From a virus (lineage: Duplodnaviria > Caudoviricetes): a stretch of 51,825 bases of DNA. Positions within the stretch are counted from its first letter, which is position 1, and each line of letters opens with the position of its first letter. The stretch lies in the IMG/VR virus record IMGVR_UViG_3300043161_000008, positions 1 through 51,825 of that record, one strand, 5' to 3'. The notes under the pieces are model-generated. The model was not told where the DNA came from. It searched no databases and was given only the letters and a program-made list of their open reading frames with translations. The position numbers were made by a program, and so were the translations under genes. Below are positions 10,006-18,051 of this stretch, piece after piece.

Positions 10006-10378
10006 AGAGCGTATCCGAGGTTGATGTACAGGTTGCTTGGATCACATCGCTTGGAATAAAAGGCCAATAGCGAGTGTAGCTTGCTCCGGCTATTAGTAGA
10101 ATTGAAGTCCCTTTAGCCGCAATCCCACTCCCAATATAAAGCCAACAGCTATCAGTCGCGTTATTATTCGCTATTGTTAGTGAGTGTCGTGCGGTCGAGT
10201 TAATCGCCGGATTTGTTACTACAGGTAGTACTGTCTGGAAAGTATTGCCAGTAGCGATAACTACAGAAGCATTTGTAGTTGGTGCATTGAATGGCGGCTG
10301 AAATGGTTGAGCGAGGATGGAACTTGGACTTAAAGCAAGTAGGAATAGTAGTACTTTCCACATTCTAATCTTTATCAT
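9989..10378 (-). CDS. Signal-peptide-bearing spike-base/decoration-like protein (2 Cys)
   Basis: MIKIRMWKVLLFLLALSPSSILA|Q; 'RHSLTIANN...WLYIG...GTSILL.AG.SY' small beta-sandwich pattern; AGGAGG RBS. Confidence 0.6.
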   Translation of the reverse strand: MIKIRMWKVLLFLLALSPSSILAQPFQPPFNAPTTNASVVIATGNTFQTVLPVVTNPAINSTARHSLTIANNNATDSCWLYIGSGIAAKGTSILLIAGASYTRYWPFIPSDVIQATCTSTSDTLYVDTQ

Positions 10379-10396
10379 TGTTTAACCTCCTAACTC

Positions 10397-10783
10397 CTAT
10401 ATCTTCGGATTAAACGCCGCCTCGACATCGCTCTGCGTCTTGACGGTACGCCCGATGTTGGCGAGGACGGATTGCTCGGTGGCGAAGGGAGCGGCTACCG
10501 CAGCCTTTGCCGTATCGAATGCTGCTTGGACTTGGGCGAGGGTCATGTCGGGGGTGAGCTTGGGCTGCGCGCCCAAGACCGCAGCATGGCGAAGATCGCG
10601 GGCGGCCTGCGTGCAGGTTTCCGGCATGGCCTTGAAGGCGTCGATCTGCGCTGGCGTGAGATTGGTGTAGGTGCGCCATTGCAGGTCATAAGTGATCGGG
10701 ACGGCCGGGCCAGTGTAGAGCTTCTGAGGCGGCGGGGTTCTTGTTGGCCGCGTCAGCGCCGTTGTGGATTTTAGGTCGATCAT
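10397..10783 (-). CDS. Hypothetical protein (possible fibre chaperone)
   Basis: ORF directly downstream of the fibre gene; probable start MIDLK. Confidence 0.5.
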   Translation of the reverse strand: MIDLKSTTALTRPTRTPPPQKLYTGPAVPITYDLQWRTYTNLTPAQIDAFKAMPETCTQAARDLRHAAVLGAQPKLTPDMTLAQVQAAFDTAKAAVAAPFATEQSVLANIGRTVKTQSDVEAAFNPKI

Positions 10784-10790
10784 TTCTTCC

Positions 10791-11948
10791 TCACCCAATT
10801 CGCCAGTTTGTAGCGTCAGAATAGACGGGCACGGCATTCCCACCAGTGCCCGCAACTATATTTCCGAGACCGGCAGCCAGCGTAGCGTTGCTATCGGTGA
10901 CAAACATTCGCGCGCCAGGGTAACTGGCCGCAGCGAAATTAGAGTTCAACGACGCTACTGTGAGCGGTACTGGACTGCCGTTCCACGATGAAACCGGGTC
11001 GCATGTCCCCGGAGCATCGCCAGGGAGCCCTGCGCCTATACCTGCGGCACCCCCTGTGAGAGCAAATTCCTGTCCAGTAGCAGCGCCGGTAACACTGTTC
11101 GGGAATATGATCGGGAATGACAGATTTCCACTTTGCAGAAATGCCTGCGAATATGCCGGCGTGCCGACCAATGTGTAACTACCGACAACCAACATTTGAG
11201 ACTGAGCAATACAGCTTAGGGCATTTAAAGCATTGCCAGAGAGTGTGACGCTTGCCTCAGCACCGGATAGGCCGTCCTGGAAGTAACCAAAAACGTCTGT
11301 TTGAATAAGACTGATGCCAGGGTTGCCAATCACCGCCATATCTACCGGCGTGCCGATGTTCGTCGGGTCTGCCCAAATAACGGTATTGTACTCAGAGATA
11401 AAAATCGCGGCGTTGTTGCTCGGCACATTGGTGCCATCGAGCGTTAAATTGCCCATGTACCAAGTCGTGCCGGAAGTAGGCTGATGCCACGCAGCGCACT
11501 CTCCGGTATTATAATTCCCGTCGTTCGGGCCGGTCGTGAGAGAAAACGTTGCCGTGCCCGAACCTTTAAAGAAGATATTGCCGCCGCCGACAGTTGGCAG
11601 CGCACCGAAACCCTGGCACGGTCCGCCATCGCCGTTGATTATGATAGTGTAACCGGCAATATCGTATTTTTCCGCGATTAGGTTTACAATTGCTTGGCTT
11701 GTCGCCTTCGGCCCATTCACTCCCCCCGTATAAGTCGCCGACAATCCATTGTAGCTGTCGCTGCCGGCAGAGGCGTTGACGTAGAGGGAGAGGTTGCCGG
11801 TGAGGACGGTGCGGATAGGAGCATCGCCGAGGATGCCATTGTTATCAGTCAGGGCGAAGCCAGACGTGCCATTGTTGACGATAGTTGTGCCAACGGTGAG
11901 GTTACTACTACCTCCGCCGCCACTTCCCTCTATAGAGATGTTACTCAT
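10791..11948 (-). CDS. Cytoplasmic tail fibre/spike-like protein
   Basis: 'RTVLTGNLSLYVNASAGSDS..G...P..T.Q' motif and C-terminal 'TVASL...GARMFVTD...VPVYSDATNWRIG' tip module; no signal peptide. Confidence 0.65.
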   Translation of the reverse strand: MSNISIEGSGGGGSSNLTVGTTIVNNGTSGFALTDNNGILGDAPIRTVLTGNLSLYVNASAGSDSYNGLSATYTGGVNGPKATSQAIVNLIAEKYDIAGYTIIINGDGGPCQGFGALPTVGGGNIFFKGSGTATFSLTTGPNDGNYNTGECAAWHQPTSGTTWYMGNLTLDGTNVPSNNAAIFISEYNTVIWADPTNIGTPVDMAVIGNPGISLIQTDVFGYFQDGLSGAEASVTLSGNALNALSCIAQSQMLVVGSYTLVGTPAYSQAFLQSGNLSFPIIFPNSVTGAATGQEFALTGGAAGIGAGLPGDAPGTCDPVSSWNGSPVPLTVASLNSNFAAASYPGARMFVTDSNATLAAGLGNIVAGTGGNAVPVYSDATNWRIG

Positions 11949-12271
11949 CCTTGCACGTACCAAATGGTACCACCAACTACAACAGCGTTGGAGGAGTTAA
12001 GGATGAAGGGGTCGCCAAGGTTACAAGTCAGGGGAAGTTGGATGAAATCTTGGACCTGAGCGGCGTTGGAACCGAAGTCTAGGGGGCCTGAGATCGGAGA
12101 AGCTCCAGACTTGTAGGTAAGGTTAGTCGCAGCAGCAAGGACAAGGAAGAATTGAAGGACCTTAATCCGTTTCCCCAACACACCAGCAATCACGATATTA
12201 TCCCCTGAGGCCGAGAAGTTAATCGGGGCCTGGACAACTGACGCGCCAACGGTTGCGTCGAAGGTGGTCAC
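11945..12271 (-). CDS. Small beta-rich virion-associated protein
   Basis: 108 aa, 'IVIAGVLGKRIKVLQFFL'; coupled to neighbours. Confidence 0.55.
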   Translation of the reverse strand: MTTFDATVGASVVQAPINFSASGDNIVIAGVLGKRIKVLQFFLVLAAATNLTYKSGASPISGPLDFGSNAAQVQDFIQLPLTCNLGDPFILNSSNAVVVGGTIWYVQG

Positions 12272-12639
12272 GCGAAGTGCTTCTCGCGAATAGAGGTGAG
12301 GGAAGCAAGGATGGCATCGTGTTGATCGCGGGCGGAAGAGACTTGGATGAGGAGGTCGTCGAGTTGAGCCTTCGCGGTGCGGGCCTTTTCAGTCACGTCA
12401 CGGAGTTCGATCTGCTTTTCGTAGATCGCGATATCATGTTCCTTCTGAGCCTTTACCTGCGCTTCGCTAAGGCCAGCGTTGACGGAAACGAGTTCGGCCT
12501 TTTTGACTTCAAGCTCTTCACGTGTTGTGTCAAGATCAGCTGAGGCAGCGCTGTATTGTTCCTTGACATGGTCAAGACTAACATTATGCTCTCGAAGCTC
12601 GGTCAAGACAGAGATAATCTTGTCGATCGTTTCGTTCAC
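12268..12639 (-). CDS. Coiled-coil protein
   Basis: Heptad-like E/K/L/A pattern over about 100 aa. Confidence 0.55.
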   Translation of the reverse strand: MNETIDKIISVLTELREHNVSLDHVKEQYSAASADLDTTREELEVKKAELVSVNAGLSEAQVKAQKEHDIAIYEKQIELRDVTEKARTAKAQLDDLLIQVSSARDQHDAILASLTSIREKHFA

Positions 12640-12670
12640 AGCTTAATCCTTTCCATGATTGATATCCCAA

Positions 12671-13738
12671 CTAAACGGCCACAGCTGAACCGCTGTATCT
12701 CGAGTGATCCATCCTTGATACAGGGCGATGTCGGTGTAGGTCGCTAAGGAACCCAGCCCAACTCCAATCACGAGAGAGGTGACCCGCAACCAGAAGGCCA
12801 GTGAATGCCAAGGGCGGACAATGGAGTGGGAAGGAGAAGAGGGAGCAGATGAGGAAGCCGACGTAGCAGGGCCAAGCGGAGGATCGGATTGAGGTCGCTG
12901 GGAGGAGTAGGATGGCAATAGCGGGTATAGCACCGACCCCGTATTGGTAAGTGAGGTCGAGGAATTCATTATGTGCGTAGGCTGGGGCATAGTAGTTGCC
13001 TTTGAAATGGATCAAGACGGCCTCGATAGAGCCAGCGCCGTGGCCCCAGAAGTTAAGGAAGTGGTAAAGGACTCGCCAGACAAGCCAGCGGAAGTCGTCA
13101 GCGGTGTCGTGCTGTGCAAGGGCGACCCAGGTCATGGGGCAAGCGGCCCAGAGGGAGCCGCGTTGGGGGCGGCAATATTGGAGGGTTAGTCCGACGGCCA
13201 GCGCCAGAATAGCAGCGCGAGATTGGGATAGAACCAAACCAGGAGCAAGAAGGGTGACCAGCCACCAAAAGCGATATGAAAGGCAGAGGAGTATAGTGAG
13301 TGCACAGCCCTCTCCGAGGATTTCGGGGTTGAACGTCAGGCCTGAAGGGCGGCAGGGGACGTATTCGATTATCCAATCAAGGCCCAGCGCCTGCGCTATT
13401 GATACAACGCTGGAAACCCCAAACCCTATTGCTAAACCGATTGTTACCTTACGCAAGTCGGCTAGCTGGGTACCGGCATAGAAGACCCCCGCGAGGATGG
13501 CGTATTGCCAAATGGTTGAGAGGCCAGTCCAGGGGTTGTCAACCCAGTCCAAGGACCAACAAGCGTAAAGGAAGAAGGTCATTCCACAAAGAATAAAAAC
13601 GGGAGAGGACTGCTTCGCCCCCTCCCGCCAAGTTATCACAGGCAAAACGCAGGAGAGGACTGACCATCCAGTCGCGATCGCTGCCCCGGTGATACCGGGG
13701 ATGTAGGCGATGGGGATAAGGAAGGCCAGGAGGAGCAT
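12671..13738 (-). CDS. O-antigen ligase / O-oligosaccharyltransferase-like (Wzy_C) polytopic membrane protein
   Basis: Many hydrophobic segments plus ordered motifs RPSGLTFNPE, LSQSRAA, R-x-x-x-W...GHGAGS, AHNEFLD...YGV and SLFSFPLH. Confidence 0.75.
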   Translation of the reverse strand: MLLLAFLIPIAYIPGITGAAIATGWSVLSCVLPVITWREGAKQSSPVFILCGMTFFLYACWSLDWVDNPWTGLSTIWQYAILAGVFYAGTQLADLRKVTIGLAIGFGVSSVVSIAQALGLDWIIEYVPCRPSGLTFNPEILGEGCALTILLCLSYRFWWLVTLLAPGLVLSQSRAAILALAVGLTLQYCRPQRGSLWAACPMTWVALAQHDTADDFRWLVWRVLYHFLNFWGHGAGSIEAVLIHFKGNYYAPAYAHNEFLDLTYQYGVGAIPAIAILLLPATSIRSSAWPCYVGFLICSLFSFPLHCPPLAFTGLLVAGHLSRDWSWAGFLSDLHRHRPVSRMDHSRYSGSAVAV

Positions 13739-14562
13739 TAACGCACTCGACGACAGGTGGCTGAGCCATAGGCCCAGAGTTGGGAAGTGGCAAAGGTCGC
13801 GCCGTCAACGAGGAAGATAGTGGTGAGGGAGGCGAGGGAGAACCTCGCCGGGCCGAGCTTGAGATCGTTGCCCCCGGAACCAGCCGAGACGGGAACGACT
13901 GACGTGGTTCCGTCGGTGCCTTCGGTGCCTAAAACACCGTCGGTGGTTACAAGCGAGGCCGAGAACTTCGTGGCAGTTGTAGTGTTTGAGAGTTGCTGTA
14001 CAGCTGTAGCACGACAATCCCAATCACCTGCGGTTAGAGGAACTGAGCCGAGGGTGATCGAGGAGTTTGTCGTGATCTGCTTAGCATTAGCGAGAGTGAC
14101 GTTGGTGGTTTGGACCTCGCCAATATTCCCAGTTGCGGCATTGTCATTGGTGGTGGTACCAGGGACCTGACCCGAGGTTACCTCCGACTTAAGGAACCAG
14201 TTGGTCCCTGACATCGGATACATCGTGACCTGAGCGCCAGCGTAGTTGATCACTACCGACGAGGAAGAGCCGTTGATGGTGTCGCCGGACTGGGGAGTGA
14301 TAGTCAGAGTGTTGGTAGACGAGACGGCGTTGCCAACGTCATAGAAGATCACTGCCGTGGTAGTGTTAGTCCCTGCCGCATAGGGAAGGGTTAAAGTTCG
14401 TGGGGCGGTGAAGGTCGCCCCTGAGGAAGTGACAATGCGCTGGTCCGAGTTAAGGACTTGATAGTTCGCATTGGGCATCGGGGTCTGAGGAGAGGTAGTA
14501 GCGAGGGCAATGCCAGACCCAACGAAAGCAGCAAAGCCACAGATTAGAAGGAGCTTTTTCAT
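13738..14562 (-). CDS. Signal-peptide-bearing Thr/Ser-rich fibre-like protein
   Basis: MKKLLLICGFAAFVGSGIALA|T (GGAGG RBS before 14562); 'TLTLP...D.GN...TLTITP.SGDTING...TNW' and 'GTTTNDNAATGNIGE' fibre modules. Confidence 0.65.
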   Translation of the reverse strand: MKKLLLICGFAAFVGSGIALATTSPQTPMPNANYQVLNSDQRIVTSSGATFTAPRTLTLPYAAGTNTTTAVIFYDVGNAVSSTNTLTITPQSGDTINGSSSSVVINYAGAQVTMYPMSGTNWFLKSEVTSGQVPGTTTNDNAATGNIGEVQTTNVTLANAKQITTNSSITLGSVPLTAGDWDCRATAVQQLSNTTTATKFSASLVTTDGVLGTEGTDGTTSVVPVSAGSGGNDLKLGPARFSLASLTTIFLVDGATFATSQLWAYGSATCRRVR

Positions 14563-15212
14563 TGCGCCGCCTCCGTCCAACGGAAGGTTACGTTAGCCAG
14601 TCCAGAAGAAGGAGAGGTGCCGTTTAGGTTGACGCAGATTTGCTCTGTCGTCTTGCGCAAGGTAGGGGCTTCCATATACCGCTGAGGCCCATACTCGAAT
14701 ACGGTATAGGGTTGACCGGAGCCGTTGGTTCCATCTGTCTTACCAAGCACCAAGTTAGCCGCGTCGATCAGACCCGGCGTTGCATCGTTGATGGTTGGGT
14801 TGGCGGTGTAGGCGGTGGTGGTTGCCTTTGGCGCAGCGTCGTTGGAGTCGACCGCATATGGAACGGGTAGCGCTGTTCCAGTGGCAGGCGTTCCAAGGGT
14901 GTTCAAGGAGGCATGCTTTATGATAACCACAGGCACAACAATCTGCGTACCGGCAGTGCCACTCACACGTATCTCTTGAAGGCGGATGGCGAGGTTCGCA
15001 GCACCGGTGATGCAAGCGATATCGGTAGCGGCCGAGGCGGGGACGATGCCGATGCCAGTTGCGGCGTAGGAGTTAACAGCGGGCTCTTGATCACAGGCGA
15101 CGCCGACTTGAGGGACGGAATTGACACCACCTACGCCAATGCAGGGGACCTGGGCCCACGCTGGGGCAGAGAGCCCCAGGAGGAACCCAGCGATGAGGAG
15201 AGCTTTATGCAT
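14559..15212 (-). CDS. Signal-peptide-bearing virion-like beta protein (4 Cys)
   Basis: MHKALLIAGFLLGLSAPAWA|Q; directly follows the capsid cement gene; GAGGGGAG RBS. Confidence 0.65.
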   Translation of the reverse strand: MHKALLIAGFLLGLSAPAWAQVPCIGVGGVNSVPQVGVACDQEPAVNSYAATGIGIVPASAATDIACITGAANLAIRLQEIRVSGTAGTQIVVPVVIIKHASLNTLGTPATGTALPVPYAVDSNDAAPKATTTAYTANPTINDATPGLIDAANLVLGKTDGTNGSGQPYTVFEYGPQRYMEAPTLRKTTEQICVNLNGTSPSSGLANVTFRWTEAAQ

Positions 15213-15224
15213 TGATGGCTCCCC

Positions 15225-15764
15225 TCAATTCGCGACGGTGATGCCGGCTTGGTAGCCAGACATCACGGCGTTGTTGGTGCCGGTGTAAGGTTGGTCCATG
15301 CGATCGATGATAATCATGGCTTCGACGATACCTGCGGTCATAGTGGCTCCGCCGATCACATAAGATAGGCGAAGGAACCGTGGAATGGCGATGCCATCTG
15401 GCGGGCGAGGGAAGTCCATGTCCATAAGGCGAGCGCCCTGAACGAGAGTGGCAAGGGCGTAGGTGGGTGAGGTGTACCACGAGGCAGAGAACGCTGCGGG
15501 GGCGCCAGCGCCATTGTCGATCGCGGATTGGAGGCCGACGGAGAGGGTGCCAGCGCCAGCTGAGGTAAAGGCGGTGGTCACCTGCACCAAGAGCTTCAAG
15601 GTGGGATCGTCACCGATACCAATATCGCGGGCCCCTCCGCCATTGGCGGAAGAGGGGATGCCGGAAGTGATACCGAGGTCGATCACGTTGGTGGAGTTGT
15701 AAGTGCCGATCACCTGAGCGAGGTTGATCGCGGCATCGAACTGGAGGAATGAGTCAAGGATCAT
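15225..15764 (-). CDS. Capsid cement/decoration protein (BPP-1 Bbp16-like)
   Basis: 'MILD..LQF...STNVIDLG...RDIG.G...L.VQVTTAF...RFLRL.Y...TAG' pattern; immediately after the MCP. Confidence 0.75.
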   Translation of the reverse strand: MILDSFLQFDAAINLAQVIGTYNSTNVIDLGITSGIPSSANGGGARDIGIGDDPTLKLLVQVTTAFTSAGAGTLSVGLQSAIDNGAGAPAAFSASWYTSPTYALATLVQGARLMDMDFPRPPDGIAIPRFLRLSYVIGGATMTAGIVEAMIIIDRMDQPYTGTNNAVMSGYQAGITVAN

Positions 15765-15775
15765 TGTGCCGCTCC

Positions 15776-16816
15776 TTAGATAGTGGCTTCGTTGTTGAGG
15801 ATTTGGTCGCAGGTTCGGCAAGGGATACCACGGAAGGTGGTGATGGGTTTGCCATCAAACTCCTCAATCCGGAGCAAGACGTTAGTCTTATTCATGGCTT
15901 GAAGGTCCAGATATGTGCGAATGACCCGGTTGCAGTAGATCACCGTACGACCCATATTGGCCCGAACCTCGGGCGTATCGGAGGTTTGGATAGTGCCTGC
16001 ACTGACAGGCTGGGTTGGGAGTTTGTAGATCGCGCGAACGATGAGGTTGATCAGGTTCGCGGCCGAGACGCCGGTTAGCTGGGTGATGTCGATGTTTGCA
16101 ATGCGAGCGACGTAGCGCCAGTCGCGGAGGACGTAGCCGATTTCCCACTTGAAGTGGTCACGATAGGCTTGGTAGGTATTGCTGCTACTGTCCGTGACCG
16201 GCCATTCACCCATATCTCGATGCTGAAGGCCGGTGATCTTTCCCTTTGGGAAGATGCCATGGGCGGTGTCATCGCCCCAGACATGAACCCAGATGGAGGT
16301 GTTGGTTGAGGCAGCGCCGCCGCCGGAGAGGACATTGTTGGCAGTCTGCGAATTGGCGGTATTGGAGGTGGAGTAGCGCGGGGCAAGTCCGGTGAACCGT
16401 TCCGGGTTCACGAACTGGTTGCCGTAGATTAGGGTACCAGCGACCTGTTGAGACATCCCTTCGAGAAAGGCTTTCGTTTCCGAAAGGCGAAACTCTTGAG
16501 TGTTGCCATTGAGATCGGCGATGTCCTTGTCGATTACGGAGTAGGTTTCGAGGTTGCCGCACGCGTCCACAATCTGCGCGGTGGTGGACTTCGCATTCGG
16601 GACGCCTTGGTTGAGCAAGCGCCAGGTGGCCTGGGGCAAGCCGGTGCGGACAGTGGTCTTGTGCCCGGTGGGTTGGTTGCCTTCGACGACCATCATATCT
16701 TCGAGGACTTCGTTGGTCTGGGAGAGGAGTTCGATGATCCGGGCGACCTTGAACCCGTCTTCTACGCGTTTTGCCCAGTCTGCGTACGTGAGACTGAGGT
16801 TTCCAATGGTTGCCAT
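15776..16816 (-). CDS. Major capsid protein (BPP-1 Bbp17-like, HK97 fold)
   Basis: 'IIELLSQTNE.LEDM...EGN.PTGH.TTVRTGLP..TWR..NQGV', 'F.GLAPRY', 'DWRYVARIANID', 'FRGIP.R..D.I.N.EA'. Confidence 0.9.
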   Translation of the reverse strand: MATIGNLSLTYADWAKRVEDGFKVARIIELLSQTNEVLEDMMVVEGNQPTGHKTTVRTGLPQATWRLLNQGVPNAKSTTAQIVDACGNLETYSVIDKDIADLNGNTQEFRLSETKAFLEGMSQQVAGTLIYGNQFVNPERFTGLAPRYSTSNTANSQTANNVLSGGGAASTNTSIWVHVWGDDTAHGIFPKGKITGLQHRDMGEWPVTDSSSNTYQAYRDHFKWEIGYVLRDWRYVARIANIDITQLTGVSAANLINLIVRAIYKLPTQPVSAGTIQTSDTPEVRANMGRTVIYCNRVIRTYLDLQAMNKTNVLLRIEEFDGKPITTFRGIPCRTCDQILNNEATI

Positions 16817-16837
16817 TATTGGCTCCTAGTTGCAGGG

Positions 16838-17584
16838 TTAGCGGTTGTCACCAGCTGACTTAAGATTGGGCCACATGGCCGCTGCCGCGTTCGGCTGTGA
16901 CGGAGCATTGGGCGCGGATTGACCGTGCTTGCTTGGTCCGTTGCCTGCAACATGCGTACCTTCGGTCAACTGCTTGGCGAAATGGTCCATGACCCGGATG
17001 AAGGCGGGGTGGTTGCCAACTCCGGTGATGTCCATCACCTCGCGGAAGTCCGAGGCCAGCTTCGCGTCGGGGACTCCGTCAAGGAGCTTCCCGATCCGAA
17101 CGTTTACTTCCTGACCTGGGCCGAGTTTGCCTCGCAGGTCGGGATGGTCTTGAGCTTCTTTTAGCCAACCAGCGGTGGTTTCCTGGTAGGCTTTGTAAGG
17201 GGCGGCAGCCGCTTCGGCAGAAAGCTCGCGGTAGGTGTCGACGAGCTTCTGGGCAGCGTCTTGCGAGAGGCCGAGCTCCTTGAAGATGGGAGCGACCTTG
17301 GCGATGGATGCCGGGTCTAGCTTTACACCATCCGGAACTTTGAAGTCTTCGTACTTCTCAGGGGCGCCCTTAACAGGCTCTTCTTTCTTCTCGCCTTCGG
17401 CCTTTTGATTTAGGACGGACTTGCCTTCATTGGACTGTTCGGTCTTCTGCGTTGTCCCTTCCGTCTTCTGCTCGGTCTGGGTCGTCGTCTCTTTCGACTG
17501 CGGCGTCCCCTGATCCGCTATTGTCCCGTCGGTCGTCCGAGCTATCCCATCCGTTCCAGTTGTCGTCGTCTGTTCGTCCGCCAT
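16838..17584 (-). CDS. Capsid scaffolding protein
   Basis: Acidic/Thr-rich N-terminus, 'APEKYEDFKVPDG', 'KELGLSQDAAQKLVD', 'G.GNHP..IR'; directly upstream of the MCP. Confidence 0.75.
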   Translation of the reverse strand: MADEQTTTTGTDGIARTTDGTIADQGTPQSKETTTQTEQKTEGTTQKTEQSNEGKSVLNQKAEGEKKEEPVKGAPEKYEDFKVPDGVKLDPASIAKVAPIFKELGLSQDAAQKLVDTYRELSAEAAAAPYKAYQETTAGWLKEAQDHPDLRGKLGPGQEVNVRIGKLLDGVPDAKLASDFREVMDITGVGNHPAFIRVMDHFAKQLTEGTHVAGNGPSKHGQSAPNAPSQPNAAAAMWPNLKSAGDNR

Positions 17585-17876
17585 CGTTGGCTTCCCTCAT
17601 CATGAAGATAAATTGATCTGGGCAGGCGCGGAGGAGGTCGGCTTCGAGCCGAAGGCCCACGTTCTGCATTCCGCAGTTGAAGTTGGTGGCTTCACTTTCG
17701 CCAGTGAATGGGGTACGGGCAATGCCACACCAAGTGAGTAGGCGCCACATCCAAGCGCGGCCGTTTTGGGTAGACATGACCATGAGCAAGACGCCATCGT
17801 CCATTGCCTGTTCAGTCTTCGACCGCTTCTGAGCGGCCCGGATTTGACGAGTGTCGGAGGCGTTGTACTCACTCAT
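17427..17876 (-). CDS. Bbp19-like protein between portal and scaffold
   Basis: 'VMST.NGRAWMWRLL..CG....F......TNFN.G.QNVGL.L' pattern; synteny. Confidence 0.65.
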   Translation of the reverse strand: MSEYNASDTRQIRAAQKRSKTEQAMDDGVLLMVMSTQNGRAWMWRLLTWCGIARTPFTGESEATNFNCGMQNVGLRLEADLLRACPDQFIFMMREANDGGRTDDDNWNGWDSSDDRRDNSGSGDAAVERDDDPDRAEDGRDNAEDRTVQ

Positions 17877-18051
17877 TTAACCGCCTTACGCACTTAGCAT
17901 GGACATGATACATTGGTTTGTGTAAAACAATTTCACGTGCAAGAACAACATCGCCATCGATTACTTGATAGACCAAAGTCTCTTCTAAAGGCTTGCCATC
18001 ATCTCCAAAGCAGAGACCTTCACAGAGTGTGCACTTTGGACCTTCGCTCAT
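17869..18051 (-). CDS. Small Cys/His protein (AT-rich insert)
   Basis: CxxC...HxxC; overlaps both neighbours. Confidence 0.45.
   Translation of the reverse strand: MSEGPKCTLCEGLCFGDDGKPLEETLVYQVIDGDVVLAREIVLHKPMYHVHAKCVRRLNE

Noticed and set aside
6943-11963. Diversity-generating retroelement as in BPP-1
   Set aside because: No reverse transcriptase motif and no TR/VR repeat pair noticed, despite BPP-1-like head genes
12643-12990. Separate membrane ORF overlapping the ligase-like gene
   Set aside because: Almost wholly nested in another frame of 12671..13738, with no evident RBS
17427-17584. Functional dual-coding overlap between the Bbp19-like gene and the scaffold
   Set aside because: The overlapping tail is low-complexity and looks like simple run-on into the scaffold gene
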